Below are positions 10,168-19,701 of a stretch of 64,000 nt of DNA, one piece after another (positions within the stretch are counted from its first letter, which is position 1; every line of letters begins with the position of its first letter). The notes beneath the pieces were generated by a model. It made no database searches. It saw only the letters and a list, made by a program, of their open reading frames with translations, and was not told the origin of the DNA. Origin of the DNA: an uncultured Chloroflexia bacterium (GTDB lineage: Bacteria; Chloroflexota; Limnocylindria; Limnocylindrales; CSP1-4); assembly GCA_963748625.1 (NCBI GenBank), contig CAVVJT010000003.1:256001-320000 (forward strand), given 5' to 3'. The position numbers and the translations under genes were made by a program.

Positions 10168-10212
10168 TGGAGGCGACGATCGGATTCGAACCGATGAATA
10201 GAGGTTTTGCAG
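10168..10212 (-). mobile_element. att site: 3' half of tRNA-Cys(GCA), copy 2, adjacent to the integrase
   Basis: 45 bp identical to 1570-1614; identity begins exactly at the anticodon loop; the integrase stop codon is 38 bp away. Confidence 0.9.
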
Positions 10213-10249
10213 TTATCGATGTGACAGCCCTTACTGATCTCAGTCTGGC

Positions 10250-11404
10250 CTATCTGTGCGGCCTATTGTGCGGCCTATGACGACGCGCCAGCACCTCGGC
10301 GGCTTCGCGCTGCCTGTCGGTCACAGTGCCGGCCCCGTAGATCCTGGTCGTCACTGCGGGGCTCTGGTGCCCCACGTAGCGGGCAACGGTCAGGGTGTCG
10401 AGCTGGCCCTCGTTGAGCATCTGCAGCACGGCCATATGCCTGAGGTCATGAAACCGCACCACGGGCACACCCGCGGCCCGCAGGCGCTTCTGCATCGTGG
10501 CCGTGACCCAGGTCGGCTGAACCGGCTGGTCGCGCCTGACGCGGAGCGCGGGGAAGATCCACCCATCCCGGGGCCGGCCCTGCTCGACCCAGCGACGACG
10601 CAGGATGTCCAGCGCAACATCCGAGAGCCCGATCTTGCGTCGGGACAACTCCGTCTTGGGCGGCCCGATTGCCCGCTTGCCGTGCGCGTCGACGGTCGCC
10701 GTGCGCTCGATGTGGAGATCGGCGGTGCGCCAGACCACGTCTTCCCAGCGCAGGGCCGTGAGCTCGCCGAGGCGGGCTCCGACCAGCAGCGCCAGGCGGA
10801 CCATGTCGGCGACCGTGTCACCCTCCCCCACCGCGTCCTCGATCGCGTTGATGACGTCCTCGTCCGCCCGCACGTGTGCGCCTCGGAGCGTTGCCTCGGG
10901 GACCCTGATCTTCGCGAGGGGGTTGGCCGGCAGCGCGCCGTCAGCCACCGCCTGGTCGAGCATCGAGTGGACGACCGTCCGGATGTTGCGCACCGTGGAG
11001 GCCGCCTTGCGCTTGTCCATCGCCGTGCGGATCGGAATGGCAGCGCCTTGGGAGTTGAGCTCGCCCAGGACCAGGTGCCCGATCGTTGGCACCACCCAGA
11101 TCCTTAGGATCCTCTCGTAGCCGCGGTGGGTGATCGGGCGAACACTGCCCTCGATCGAATCGAGCCACCAGGCTGCGTACTGGTTCACCAGGCGCTCTGC
11201 CCAGCGCGCCGTGGGCTGCCGACGTGGCGTGCCTTGCCGCACCCGCGTGACGCTGGCCAACTCGTCGAGCAGATCCTCGGCCTCCTGGTAGTCGAGCGCG
11301 CTGACCTGTTGGCGCTCGCCCTTGACCGTCAGCTCGCCGATCCATCGCTGGTCAGACCGCCGGAACCACAGGGAACCCGTACCCTTACGCCGCCGCTTCC
11401 GCAT
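10250..11404 (-). CDS. int: Tyrosine recombinase / phage-ICE-type integrase
   Basis: N-terminal RKGTGSLWFRRSDQRW arm-binding-like segment; GARLGELTALRW, PKT, FHDLRH and VGHQSPAVTTRIY catalytic motifs. Confidence 0.95.
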   Translation of the reverse strand: MRKRRRKGTGSLWFRRSDQRWIGELTVKGERQQVSALDYQEAEDLLDELASVTRVRQGTPRRQPTARWAERLVNQYAAWWLDSIEGSVRPITHRGYERILRIWVVPTIGHLVLGELNSQGAAIPIRTAMDKRKAASTVRNIRTVVHSMLDQAVADGALPANPLAKIRVPEATLRGAHVRADEDVINAIEDAVGEGDTVADMVRLALLVGARLGELTALRWEDVVWRTADLHIERTATVDAHGKRAIGPPKTELSRRKIGLSDVALDILRRRWVEQGRPRDGWIFPALRVRRDQPVQPTWVTATMQKRLRAAGVPVVRFHDLRHMAVLQMLNEGQLDTLTVARYVGHQSPAVTTRIYGAGTVTDRQREAAEVLARRHRPHNRPHR

Positions 11405-11599
11405 CCCGTCCGGCACGATGCCGGGGACGCGCTGCCGAACCTCACCGACCTGCTGTCTGCGCACGTTCAGATTATCTACCGCGATCGCTTCTCGGCGTCA
11501 GACCGGGATGCCAATTCCGCTCACGGACGCGAGCGCTGTGACGAAGCCAAGAGCGGGAGAGACGGCGTGTCCGTGCCTACGCCCCCCGCCCCCACTCCC

Positions 11600-14500
11600 T
11601 CACTTCACGACCACGAAGGCGTCGAGGTCGACCCGCGGACGGCCGCTGGTGCCGGAGACGACGAGCTTGATCGTGCGCTTGGCTGACGTGGACCAGGTCT
11701 TCTGCCAGGCGAGGGCCCGGTACTGGGTGGAGCTGCGGTAGGTGTCGACGGTGCCCTGGTACACGCCGTTGACGTAGACCTTGACCTTGCCGCGGGACGG
11801 GGACTTCGTGGTGACGAGCGCGATCGAGCGGCCGGTGAACGTGTAGGTCGCTGTCCGGCCCTTGGTCTTGGCGTACTTGACCGAGCCGCCGGAGTACGAG
11901 CTCGACTTGGTCGTCGTCCACGTGCCGCCGAACCTGACGCTCGTGCTCGACTGCTGCGTGAGTCGTGGTGAGAGGGTGGCGGTGTACGCCCAGCCGCCCC
12001 TGTTGTCGGCTTTGTCGACCGCCCGGACCCGGTAGCGGACCGTGCCCGAGGAGGCCGCGGTGACACTGGCGCTGGTCCCGGCGTACGTGCCGGCCGCCGT
12101 CCAGGTCCCGCCGCTCGTGCTCCGCTCGAGCTCGTAGGCGGCAACTCCGGAGACGGCGTCAGCCGCGGCCTTCCAGGCGAGCGTGAGCGGGACCGCGGTG
12201 CCCGAGAGCGCCGTGCCCGTGCGCGGCGTCGCGCCGAGCGACGCGGGGGTCGAGGGCGCGGTCCGGTCGATGGTGACGGCCGCACTGCCGACGTCGGCGG
12301 CGGGACCGGGATTGCCGGCACCGTCGCTGACGCTGCCCGCGGTGAGCGTGAGGACGACCGTGCCCTCGCCGCAGCCGGTGACCTCGACGGTGTACGAGCT
12401 GCCGGAGCCCGACGGCGTGCCGACGGCGCAGCCGGCGGCGGTGCCGGCCAGGGTGAGGTCGGATGCCGCAAGGCCGGTGACGGGCTCGCTGAAGGCCAGC
12501 GTGTAGGAGAGCGACGCGGCGCTGGTCGGGGTGGCCGGCGGGGTGAGCGTGGCGGAAGGGAGAGTCTTGTCCGCCGGTACCACCGAGTTCGACGGCGCTG
12601 ACACCTGCGAGTCCCCGATTGCGTTGGTGGCAAGCACGGTGAACGTGTACTCGACGCCGTTGGTGAGCTCGCCCACCGTGACCCCTGACTGATCGGCTGC
12701 GACCGTGATCGTGCTTCCGCCTGGAGCCGTCGCGACAGTGAAACTGAGGATTGGTGACCCGTTGTCAGCCGGCACATTCCAAGTGACGTGGGCTGCCTTG
12801 TCACCGCCCACCGCGCTTACTTGTGTCGGGGCATCAGGAGTGGATGCCGGTGTGACCTCGTTGGAGTCTTCCGATGGCACGGACTCGCCGGCCTCGTTGG
12901 AGGCTGTCACCGTGAAGGTGTAGGCAGTACCGTTCGTCAAGCCGACTACGATTGCGGCTGTCGTGTCGCCCGGAACAGTTGCCGTGTGGCCACCAGGCGA
13001 TGCCGTCACGGTGTAGACGATGACAGGCGCTCCTCCATCGTCCGCTGGTGGAGTCCACCCGACTCGCGCCGACCTGTCCTCCCCGGTTGCCGTGACCCCC
13101 ATGACCGGGGACGGAGGTTGGACCGCCGGAACGACGCTCGCCGATGCGCTGCTCGGCACACTCTCACCGATGGCGTTGCGCGTGTAGACCACGAACGAGT
13201 AGGACACGCCGTTCTCGAGCCCCAAGATCAGCGTCTCTCTCGACTCAGCTCCTACGATCGCTTCATGTCCACCAGGAGAACCGACGACCCGGAAGCTCGT
13301 GACGGGTGAGCCCCCGGTGTCAGCGGGACCGTCCCAGGAGACGACTGCGCTCGCATACCGCGCAGCGGCCGAGACAAGGCGCGGTGGGCCCGGCAGACGA
13401 GCAACGGTGAAGTTGCCGTCAGCGAGGTTGAACGGGTTCGTCGTCGGACCGGTCGCTCCGCTCGGCGTGTACGAGACCGAGCCCGGGAAGTACGTGGTCC
13501 GATTGGACGACCCGTCGAACATGTCGATGACGGAGAGCCGCACCAGCCCGTTGGCCCAAGCGTTGGTGATCGGACCCGTCACTGCGCCAGCACCGGCCGC
13601 GGTTCGGATCTGGTAGCTCCGGCCAACGGAGTCGGTGAAGCCGAAGATCATGGTGGAGATGGGCTCGTCAGCCGTGAACGTCGCCAGGATCGACGTCCCG
13701 GGGCCCACAGTCTGGCCGGCAGTCGAGACTGCGAACGAGATCAGCGTCGGCGCCGTGGTGTCCGCAGTCGACCCGGCAACGGTGAAGTTGCCGTCAGCGA
13801 GGTTGAACGGGTTCGTCGTCGGACCGGTCGCTCCGCTCGGCGTGTACGAGACCGAGCCCGGGAAGTACGTGGTCCGATTGGACGACCCGTCGAACATGTC
13901 GATGACGGAGAGCCGCACCAGCCCGTTGGCCCAAGCGTTGGTGATCGGACCCGTCACTGCGCCAGCACCGGCCGCGGTTCGGATCTGGTAGCTCCGGCCA
14001 ACGGAGTCGGTGAAGCCGAAGATCATGGTGGAGATGGGCTCGTCAGCCGTGAACGTCGCCAGGATCGACGTCCCGGGGCCCACAGTCTGGCCGGCAGTCG
14101 AGACTGCGAACGAGATCAGCGTCGGCGCCGTGGTGTCCGCAGTCGACCCGGCAACGGTGAAGTTGCCGTCAGCGAGGTTGAACGGGTTCGTCGTCGGACC
14201 GGTCGCTCCGCTCGGCGTGTACGAGACCGAGCCCGGGAAGTACGTGGTCCGATTGGACGACCCGTCGAACATGTCGATGACGGAGAGCCGCACCAGCCCG
14301 TTGGCCCAAGCGTTGGTGATCGGACCCGTCACTGCGCCAGCACCGGCCGCGGTTCGGATCTGGTAGCTCCGGCCAACGGAGTCGGTGAAGCCGAAGATCA
14401 TGGTGGAGATGGGCTCGTCAGCCGTGAACGTCGCCAGGATCGACGTCCCGGGGCCCACAGTCTGGCCGGCAGTCGAGACTGCGAACGAGATCAGCGTCGG

Positions 14501-14608
14501 CGCCGTGGTGTCCGCCTCAGTGGCATCTACGGTGCTTGGCATGCCTTGAAGAGCAATCGCGATCAAGGACACGGCGATCAGGCGCGCTGCCCGGACCCTT
14601 CGGCGCAT
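11600..14608 (-). CDS. Secreted surface protein: three 125-aa repeats, three Fn3 domains, Ig-like domain, Fn3-like and basic C-terminal domain
   Basis: Signal peptide; W..P.D.GGSP...GLTNG..YTFTV.A.N..G.S Fn3 motifs. Confidence 0.9.
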   Translation of the reverse strand: MRRRVRAARLIAVSLIAIALQGMPSTVDATEADTTAPTLISFAVSTAGQTVGPGTSILATFTADEPISTMIFGFTDSVGRSYQIRTAAGAGAVTGPITNAWANGLVRLSVIDMFDGSSNRTTYFPGSVSYTPSGATGPTTNPFNLADGNFTVAGSTADTTAPTLISFAVSTAGQTVGPGTSILATFTADEPISTMIFGFTDSVGRSYQIRTAAGAGAVTGPITNAWANGLVRLSVIDMFDGSSNRTTYFPGSVSYTPSGATGPTTNPFNLADGNFTVAGSTADTTAPTLISFAVSTAGQTVGPGTSILATFTADEPISTMIFGFTDSVGRSYQIRTAAGAGAVTGPITNAWANGLVRLSVIDMFDGSSNRTTYFPGSVSYTPSGATGPTTNPFNLADGNFTVARLPGPPRLVSAAARYASAVVSWDGPADTGGSPVTSFRVVGSPGGHEAIVGAESRETLILGLENGVSYSFVVYTRNAIGESVPSSASASVVPAVQPPSPVMGVTATGEDRSARVGWTPPADDGGAPVIVYTVTASPGGHTATVPGDTTAAIVVGLTNGTAYTFTVTASNEAGESVPSEDSNEVTPASTPDAPTQVSAVGGDKAAHVTWNVPADNGSPILSFTVATAPGGSTITVAADQSGVTVGELTNGVEYTFTVLATNAIGDSQVSAPSNSVVPADKTLPSATLTPPATPTSAASLSYTLAFSEPVTGLAASDLTLAGTAAGCAVGTPSGSGSSYTVEVTGCGEGTVVLTLTAGSVSDGAGNPGPAADVGSAAVTIDRTAPSTPASLGATPRTGTALSGTAVPLTLAWKAAADAVSGVAAYELERSTSGGTWTAAGTYAGTSASVTAASSGTVRYRVRAVDKADNRGGWAYTATLSPRLTQQSSTSVRFGGTWTTTKSSSYSGGSVKYAKTKGRTATYTFTGRSIALVTTKSPSRGKVKVYVNGVYQGTVDTYRSSTQYRALAWQKTWSTSAKRTIKLVVSGTSGRPRVDLDAFVVVK
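13401..14515. repeat. Tandem repeat, 375-bp unit, about 3 identical copies
   Basis: Units start at 13401, 13776 and 14151. Confidence 0.95.
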
Positions 14609-14699
14609 CACAACCCTGTCCTGGCTTCGGCTCGGGGAGCCCACGGCTCCGACCTGCGCGGCCAGGCGTTGCGACGCAGTTGCATGCTCCCCCACTCCC

Positions 14700-17600
14700 T
14701 CACTTCACGACCACGAAGGCGTCGAGGTCGACCCGCGGACGGCCGCTGGTGCCGGAGACGACGAGCTTGATCGTGCGCTTGGCTGACGTGGACCAGGTCT
14801 TCTGCCAGGCGAGGGCCCGGTACTGGGTGGAGCTGCGGTAGGTGTCGACGGTGCCCTGGTACACGCCGTTGACGTAGACCTTGACCTTGCCGCGGGACGG
14901 GGACTTCGTGGTGACGAGCGCGATCGAGCGGCCGGTGAACGTGTAGGTCGCTGTCCGGCCCTTGGTCTTGGCGTACTTGACCGAGCCGCCGGAGTACGAG
15001 CTCGACTTGGTCGTCGTCCACGTGCCGCCGAACCTGACGCTCGTGCTCGACTGCTGCGTGAGTCGTGGTGAGAGGGTGGCGGTGTACGCCCAGCCGCCCC
15101 TGTTGTCGGCTTTGTCGACCGCCCGGACCCGGTAGCGGACCGTGCCCGAGGAGGCCGCGGTGACACTGGCGCTGGTCCCGGCGTACGTGCCGGCCGCCGT
15201 CCAGGTCCCGCCGCTCGTGCTCCGCTCGAGCTCGTAGGCGGCAACTCCGGAGACGGCGTCAGCCGCGGCCTTCCAGGCGAGCGTGAGCGGGACCGCGGTG
15301 CCCGAGAGCGCCGTGCCCGTGCGCGGCGTCGCGCCGAGCGACGCGGGGGTCGAGGGCGCGGTCCGGTCGATGGTGACGGCCGCACTGCCGACGTCGGCGG
15401 CGGGACCGGGATTGCCGGCACCGTCGCTGACGCTGCCCGCGGTGAGCGTGAGGACGACCGTGCCCTCGCCGCAGCCGGTGACCTCGACGGTGTACGAGCT
15501 GCCGGAGCCCGACGGCGTGCCGACGGCGCAGCCGGCGGCGGTGCCGGCCAGGGTGAGGTCGGATGCCGCAAGGCCGGTGACGGGCTCGCTGAAGGCCAGC
15601 GTGTAGGAGAGCGACGCGGCGCTGGTCGGGGTGGCCGGCGGGGTGAGCGTGGCGGAAGGCGAGCCGCCATCCCGGAGGATCGTGTCATCGGCGGTGCCGG
15701 GAGCGGTCTCGGTGTTGCCCGCCAGGTCGGTGGCGCGGGTATAGACGTAGTACGTGCCGTCGACGGCCGGGATCGTGCACGTGATCGTGCCCGAGGTGGC
15801 GGTGCCGGCTGTTATGCCGCAGGCAACTGGCGATGCCAGGTCCGTGGACGTCGAGTAGTACGCGGTGACCAAGGCCAGGCCTGAGCCGGTGCCGTCGGAC
15901 GCGGTGTAGCCGACGGGCACACTTGTGCCAGCGGTCACGGTCGCAGCGATACTGCCCGCCGAGGTGGGCGCGGTCCGGTCGATGGTGACGGCCGCACTGC
16001 CGACGTCGGCGGCGGGACCGGGATTGCCGGCACCGTCGCTGACGCTGCCCGCGGTGAGCGTGAGGACGACCGTGCCCTCGCCGCAGCCGGTGACCTCGAC
16101 GGTGTACGAGCTGCCGGAGCCCGACGGCGTGCCGACGGCGCAGCCGGCGGCGGTGCCGGCCAGGGTGAGGTCGGATGCCGCAAGGCCGGTGACGGGCTCG
16201 CTGAAGGCCAGCGTGTAGGAGAGCGACGCGGCGCTGGTCGGGGTGGCCGGCGGGGTGAGCGTGGCGGAAGGCGAGCCGCCATCCCGGAGGATCGTGTCAT
16301 CGGCGGTGCCGGGAGCGGTCTCGGTGTTGCCCGCCAGGTCGGTGGCGCGGGTATAGACGTAGTACGTGCCGTCGACGGCCGGGATCGTGCACGTGATCGT
16401 GCCCGAGGTGGCGGTGCCGGCTGTTATGCCGCAGGCAACTGGCGATGCCAGGTCCGTGGACGTCGAGTAGTACGCGGTGACCAAGGCCAGGCCTGAGCCG
16501 GTGCCGTCGGACGCGGTGTAGCCGACGGGCACACTTGTGCCAGCGGTCACGGTCGCAGCGATACTGCCCGCCGAGGTGGGCGCGGTCCGGTCGATGGTGA
16601 CGGCCGCACTGCCGACGTCGGCGGCGGGACCGGGATTGCCGGCACCGTCGCTGACGCTGCCCGCGGTGAGCGTGAGGACGACCGTGCCCTCGCCGCAGCC
16701 GGTGACCTCGACGGTGTACGAGCTGCCGGAGCCCGACGGCGTGCCGACGGCGCAGCCGGCGGCGGTGCCGGCCAGGGTGAGGTCGGATGCCGCAAGGCCG
16801 GTGACGGGCTCGCTGAAGGCCAGCGTGTAGGAGAGCGACGCGGCGCTGGTCGGGGTGGCCGGCGGGGTGAGCGTGGCGGAAGGCGAGCCGCCATCGACCG
16901 ACAGCATGGCGCACGCTGTCCCATCGCTGGTCACGCCGGTCACCCCGGTGGCTCGCACACAGACCTGGTACGTCTCGGTCATATCACGGGCCATGATGAC
17001 CGTGCTCAGCGCCTCGCTCGGGCCGCCGTAGGTGCCTTCGATCGGTTCCCACCAGCGACCCGTGAAGACCTCTGCTGACGCCACCCCCATGGGATCATCC
17101 GCGGTCGCCGTAACGGTGACGGCGGCGCCGGGGCGGACGGTCGACGGCGACACCGACATATCCGAGACGATGGGTGGAGTGAAGTAGATCGTCACCGTGT
17201 CGGCCGTGACCGCCGACGACGGGCCAGCCTGTCCTGCCGAATCCAGCACGCTTCCGGCCGCGAGGCTGAGGACTACCGTTCCTTCGCGGCACCCGTACAC
17301 GATGATCTGGTAGGAGCTGCCCGACCCGGTGGGAGGGTTGAGGTCGCAGCCGGCCGCGGTGCCGGTCCTTGCGAAGTCGCCCTTGCTGACCCCGGTGACG
17401 GTCTCGCTGAAGGTCACCGTGAAGGTGAGGCTCGTGTCTTTGGTCAGGGTCGCTGGCGGCGTGATCGTCGCCGTCGGCGGGAGATCGAGCGGCGGGAGTG
17501 CCTGCCAGTCGGGCGTGAGGTTGCGACCGTTGCTCTCGATGACCAGGTGCGGGGAGCTCCCGTCGGCGTTCATCACCCAGATGGCATCGGTGCCACCACG

Positions 17601-18389
17601 GTCGGAGTGGAAGGCAATGAACGCGCGGTCAGGGGAGAGGGCCGGATCGGAGTCCTCGGCGGGGTCATCGGTCAGGCGTCCGTGTGCGTCCCAGATCTCC
17701 AGGCTGCCATTCCAACGGCCGTGGTAGAGCTCGCCGTCAACGCCTCCGAGGTCCGTGCCCGCCGACGTGTCCGCTCCGCCGATGCACTCCGTCGAGACCG
17801 GCACACAGAAGATGCCCCAGAGCGACCCGGACGTCGCCCGGAGCTCCGTTCCGCTGGCCCAGTCCACGCTCGAGAAGGCGGGATCGTTCGCGACCAGCGT
17901 CCACTCGAATGGGCTGGCCACGGGGACGAACTCCACATAGCCCTGCTCGCCGAGGATGCCCTCTGACGCCCACCCCGCACGGATGTAGGCGATGCGCGTG
18001 CCGTCAGGACTCCAGGCCGGGCGCCGGTCGTCGGCCTGAGCCGTCAGCCGGGTGAGGTTCGACCCGTCCACGTCGACGACGTAGATGCCGCCGGCGGCGA
18101 CGTCGCGAGACGCAAATGCGATCCGACGCCCGTTCGGGCTCCAGTCAGGATCTGCCGCCTCAAGACCAGCGGTCGGGACCTTCACCACGTCGGTGCCGTC
18201 TGGGTTGGCCGTGTAGATCGCCATCCCGCCGTCGCGGTCACTGGCGAACGCGAGCCTCCCATTCGTGCCGGGAAACGACCCGTAGGCGGTCAATGGCCCG
18301 GAGGTAATGCCCGCGCTCATGAGGGCAACCGCGCCGAGTGCCGCCAGCACGGCGACGCGACGCACGCTGAACGGTGGTCGATGTGGCAA
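14700..18389 (-). CDS. Secreted surface protein: TolB-like/PD40 propeller, repeated Ig-like domains, Fn3-like and basic C-terminal domain
   Basis: FPGTNGRLAFASDRDG, PDWSPNGRRIAF, PAWSPDGTRIAY and PDWQ motifs; TFSE.VTG Ig-like repeats. Confidence 0.9.
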   Translation of the reverse strand: MPHRPPFSVRRVAVLAALGAVALMSAGITSGPLTAYGSFPGTNGRLAFASDRDGGMAIYTANPDGTDVVKVPTAGLEAADPDWSPNGRRIAFASRDVAAGGIYVVDVDGSNLTRLTAQADDRRPAWSPDGTRIAYIRAGWASEGILGEQGYVEFVPVASPFEWTLVANDPAFSSVDWASGTELRATSGSLWGIFCVPVSTECIGGADTSAGTDLGGVDGELYHGRWNGSLEIWDAHGRLTDDPAEDSDPALSPDRAFIAFHSDRGGTDAIWVMNADGSSPHLVIESNGRNLTPDWQALPPLDLPPTATITPPATLTKDTSLTFTVTFSETVTGVSKGDFARTGTAAGCDLNPPTGSGSSYQIIVYGCREGTVVLSLAAGSVLDSAGQAGPSSAVTADTVTIYFTPPIVSDMSVSPSTVRPGAAVTVTATADDPMGVASAEVFTGRWWEPIEGTYGGPSEALSTVIMARDMTETYQVCVRATGVTGVTSDGTACAMLSVDGGSPSATLTPPATPTSAASLSYTLAFSEPVTGLAASDLTLAGTAAGCAVGTPSGSGSSYTVEVTGCGEGTVVLTLTAGSVSDGAGNPGPAADVGSAAVTIDRTAPTSAGSIAATVTAGTSVPVGYTASDGTGSGLALVTAYYSTSTDLASPVACGITAGTATSGTITCTIPAVDGTYYVYTRATDLAGNTETAPGTADDTILRDGGSPSATLTPPATPTSAASLSYTLAFSEPVTGLAASDLTLAGTAAGCAVGTPSGSGSSYTVEVTGCGEGTVVLTLTAGSVSDGAGNPGPAADVGSAAVTIDRTAPTSAGSIAATVTAGTSVPVGYTASDGTGSGLALVTAYYSTSTDLASPVACGITAGTATSGTITCTIPAVDGTYYVYTRATDLAGNTETAPGTADDTILRDGGSPSATLTPPATPTSAASLSYTLAFSEPVTGLAASDLTLAGTAAGCAVGTPSGSGSSYTVEVTGCGEGTVVLTLTAGSVSDGAGNPGPAADVGSAAVTIDRTAPSTPASLGATPRTGTALSGTAVPLTLAWKAAADAVSGVAAYELERSTSGGTWTAAGTYAGTSASVTAASSGTVRYRVRAVDKADNRGGWAYTATLSPRLTQQSSTSVRFGGTWTTTKSSSYSGGSVKYAKTKGRTATYTFTGRSIALVTTKSPSRGKVKVYVNGVYQGTVDTYRSSTQYRALAWQKTWSTSAKRTIKLVVSGTSGRPRVDLDAFVVVK
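15354..16895. repeat. Tandem repeat, 612-bp unit, about 2.5 identical copies
   Basis: gagccgccatc at 15661, 16273 and 16885; identical translation blocks. Confidence 0.95.
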
Positions 18390-18940
18390 AGGGGTCTGGG
18401 CTCCTATCGATGCTTGCGCGGCGGTGTCGTGGGCAATGAGCGAGCGAGGGGCGCAGGAGAGATCCTATGCGGATTAGCCGACCTGCGAGGTGTCGCCGGC
18501 GGCCGTCCGAGAAGAACCCGCCTGAACCACCGGACGCGTCCCGACCCGTGGACGGCGCGGCATGATCGGGTCCGGCAAGCCCGGCGACCCCCCGCGAAAG
18601 AACGGCATCCGGAGCGTCCGCGGTGGAGACAAGGTCCACCACCGCTGATCGTAGTATCCAGCGATCCGCCCGGCACACGGCGCGCCGCCATGATGCCGCA
18701 CCGCCGCAGAGAGTGTGCCCCCGAGGTTTCGGATTGACCGGCCCTCGGGGAGACCGCCAGGCGGGATCGAGATCGGCCCATCAAAGCGGCCTGACCCGCT
18801 CCCCCACAGATCGCCTGCTGCAAGACAGCAACAGGGTGCGGAGTGTTCTGCCACATCGGGCTGGTGAATTGCACGCACCGTGCAGTCAGACTGTGGGTAC
18901 GCCGAGCTCGATGCCAAGCCGGCGCCACAGGAGATCTGCC

Positions 18941-19201
18941 ATGACCAAGCGAACGACTTCGCGCAACTGGACCGGCACCGTCACCGCCAGAGCTGAACCC
19001 GACCCGGCTACGGCCCCCAACGTCGCACCCTCCTGGAAGGCGCGCCAGGATCAGATGGTCCAGCGGATGGTGGCCTATCGCCTGAGCGATGCCTGGACCG
19101 AGAACGAACCGGCAGTCCGCGCGACTGGGTCACTCGACCCGGACGAGGAGCTGATGCTGGGCTCGGCTTTCCGTGCACACCAGAAGATCGTGGAGCGCTG
19201 A
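18941..19201 (+). CDS. Hypothetical protein (86 aa)
   Basis: AGGAG SD before the ATG; GC-rich third codon positions. Confidence 0.55.
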   Translation: MTKRTTSRNWTGTVTARAEPDPATAPNVAPSWKARQDQMVQRMVAYRLSDAWTENEPAVRATGSLDPDEELMLGSAFRAHQKIVER

Positions 19202-19317
19202 CAGAAAGCGGGTCCTCGTCCTCTGGCTGCCCATCCTCGCCATCGTCGCCATCGTCTCGGTTGTCGCCCAACTGCTGGGCCGACCCGAAGTGAAGTCACG
19301 GAAGGAACTCCATCGTC

Positions 19318-19590
19318 ATGAGCCTGCTTGACAGCATCCTGGGCCGGCAGCCTACCGCGATCCCGCCCCAAGTTGACCCGGAGTACCGCGCGCATTGGGA
19401 CGCGCTCACACCCTGGGAACAGGGCGAGCTACTTCGACTGTCGGAGGCCTCCGCAAAGCGTTCCCTCCAGATCAACCCGAGCCGCAACTTCATCGCCGAG
19501 CGGGACGCGTACATCAACCTCGAGCTCTCCGGAACGCTCGCGAGAGTCGCGGCTGTCGTCGAGGAGAACCTATGGGGCCCGTCTTCTTGA
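19318..19590 (+). CDS. Hypothetical protein (90 aa)
   Basis: GGAAGGA SD; natural amino-acid composition. Confidence 0.6.
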   Translation: MSLLDSILGRQPTAIPPQVDPEYRAHWDALTPWEQGELLRLSEASAKRSLQINPSRNFIAERDAYINLELSGTLARVAAVVEENLWGPSS

Positions 19591-19701
19591 CGCTCCTCGA
19601 CACCCGGCATTGGGTGTCGACTCCGACACCGCTGTCGGCTGCCTGCACGCGTATCTGACTGCATCATCCAGACCCAACACAGCCAACCCCGGAGTGTGCT
19701 C

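Larger units (their letters stand above)
11589..15659. repeat. About 970-bp identical direct repeat (11589-12559 = 14689-15659, offset 3100) forming the 3' ends of two adjacent genes
   Basis: Direct comparison; identical C-terminal translations, including about 10 bp past the stop. Confidence 0.9.

Noticed and set aside
13401-16895. CRISPR array or other non-coding repeat array
   Set aside because: Units are 375 and 612 bp, in frame, inside coding sequence and without unique spacers; no cas genes seen
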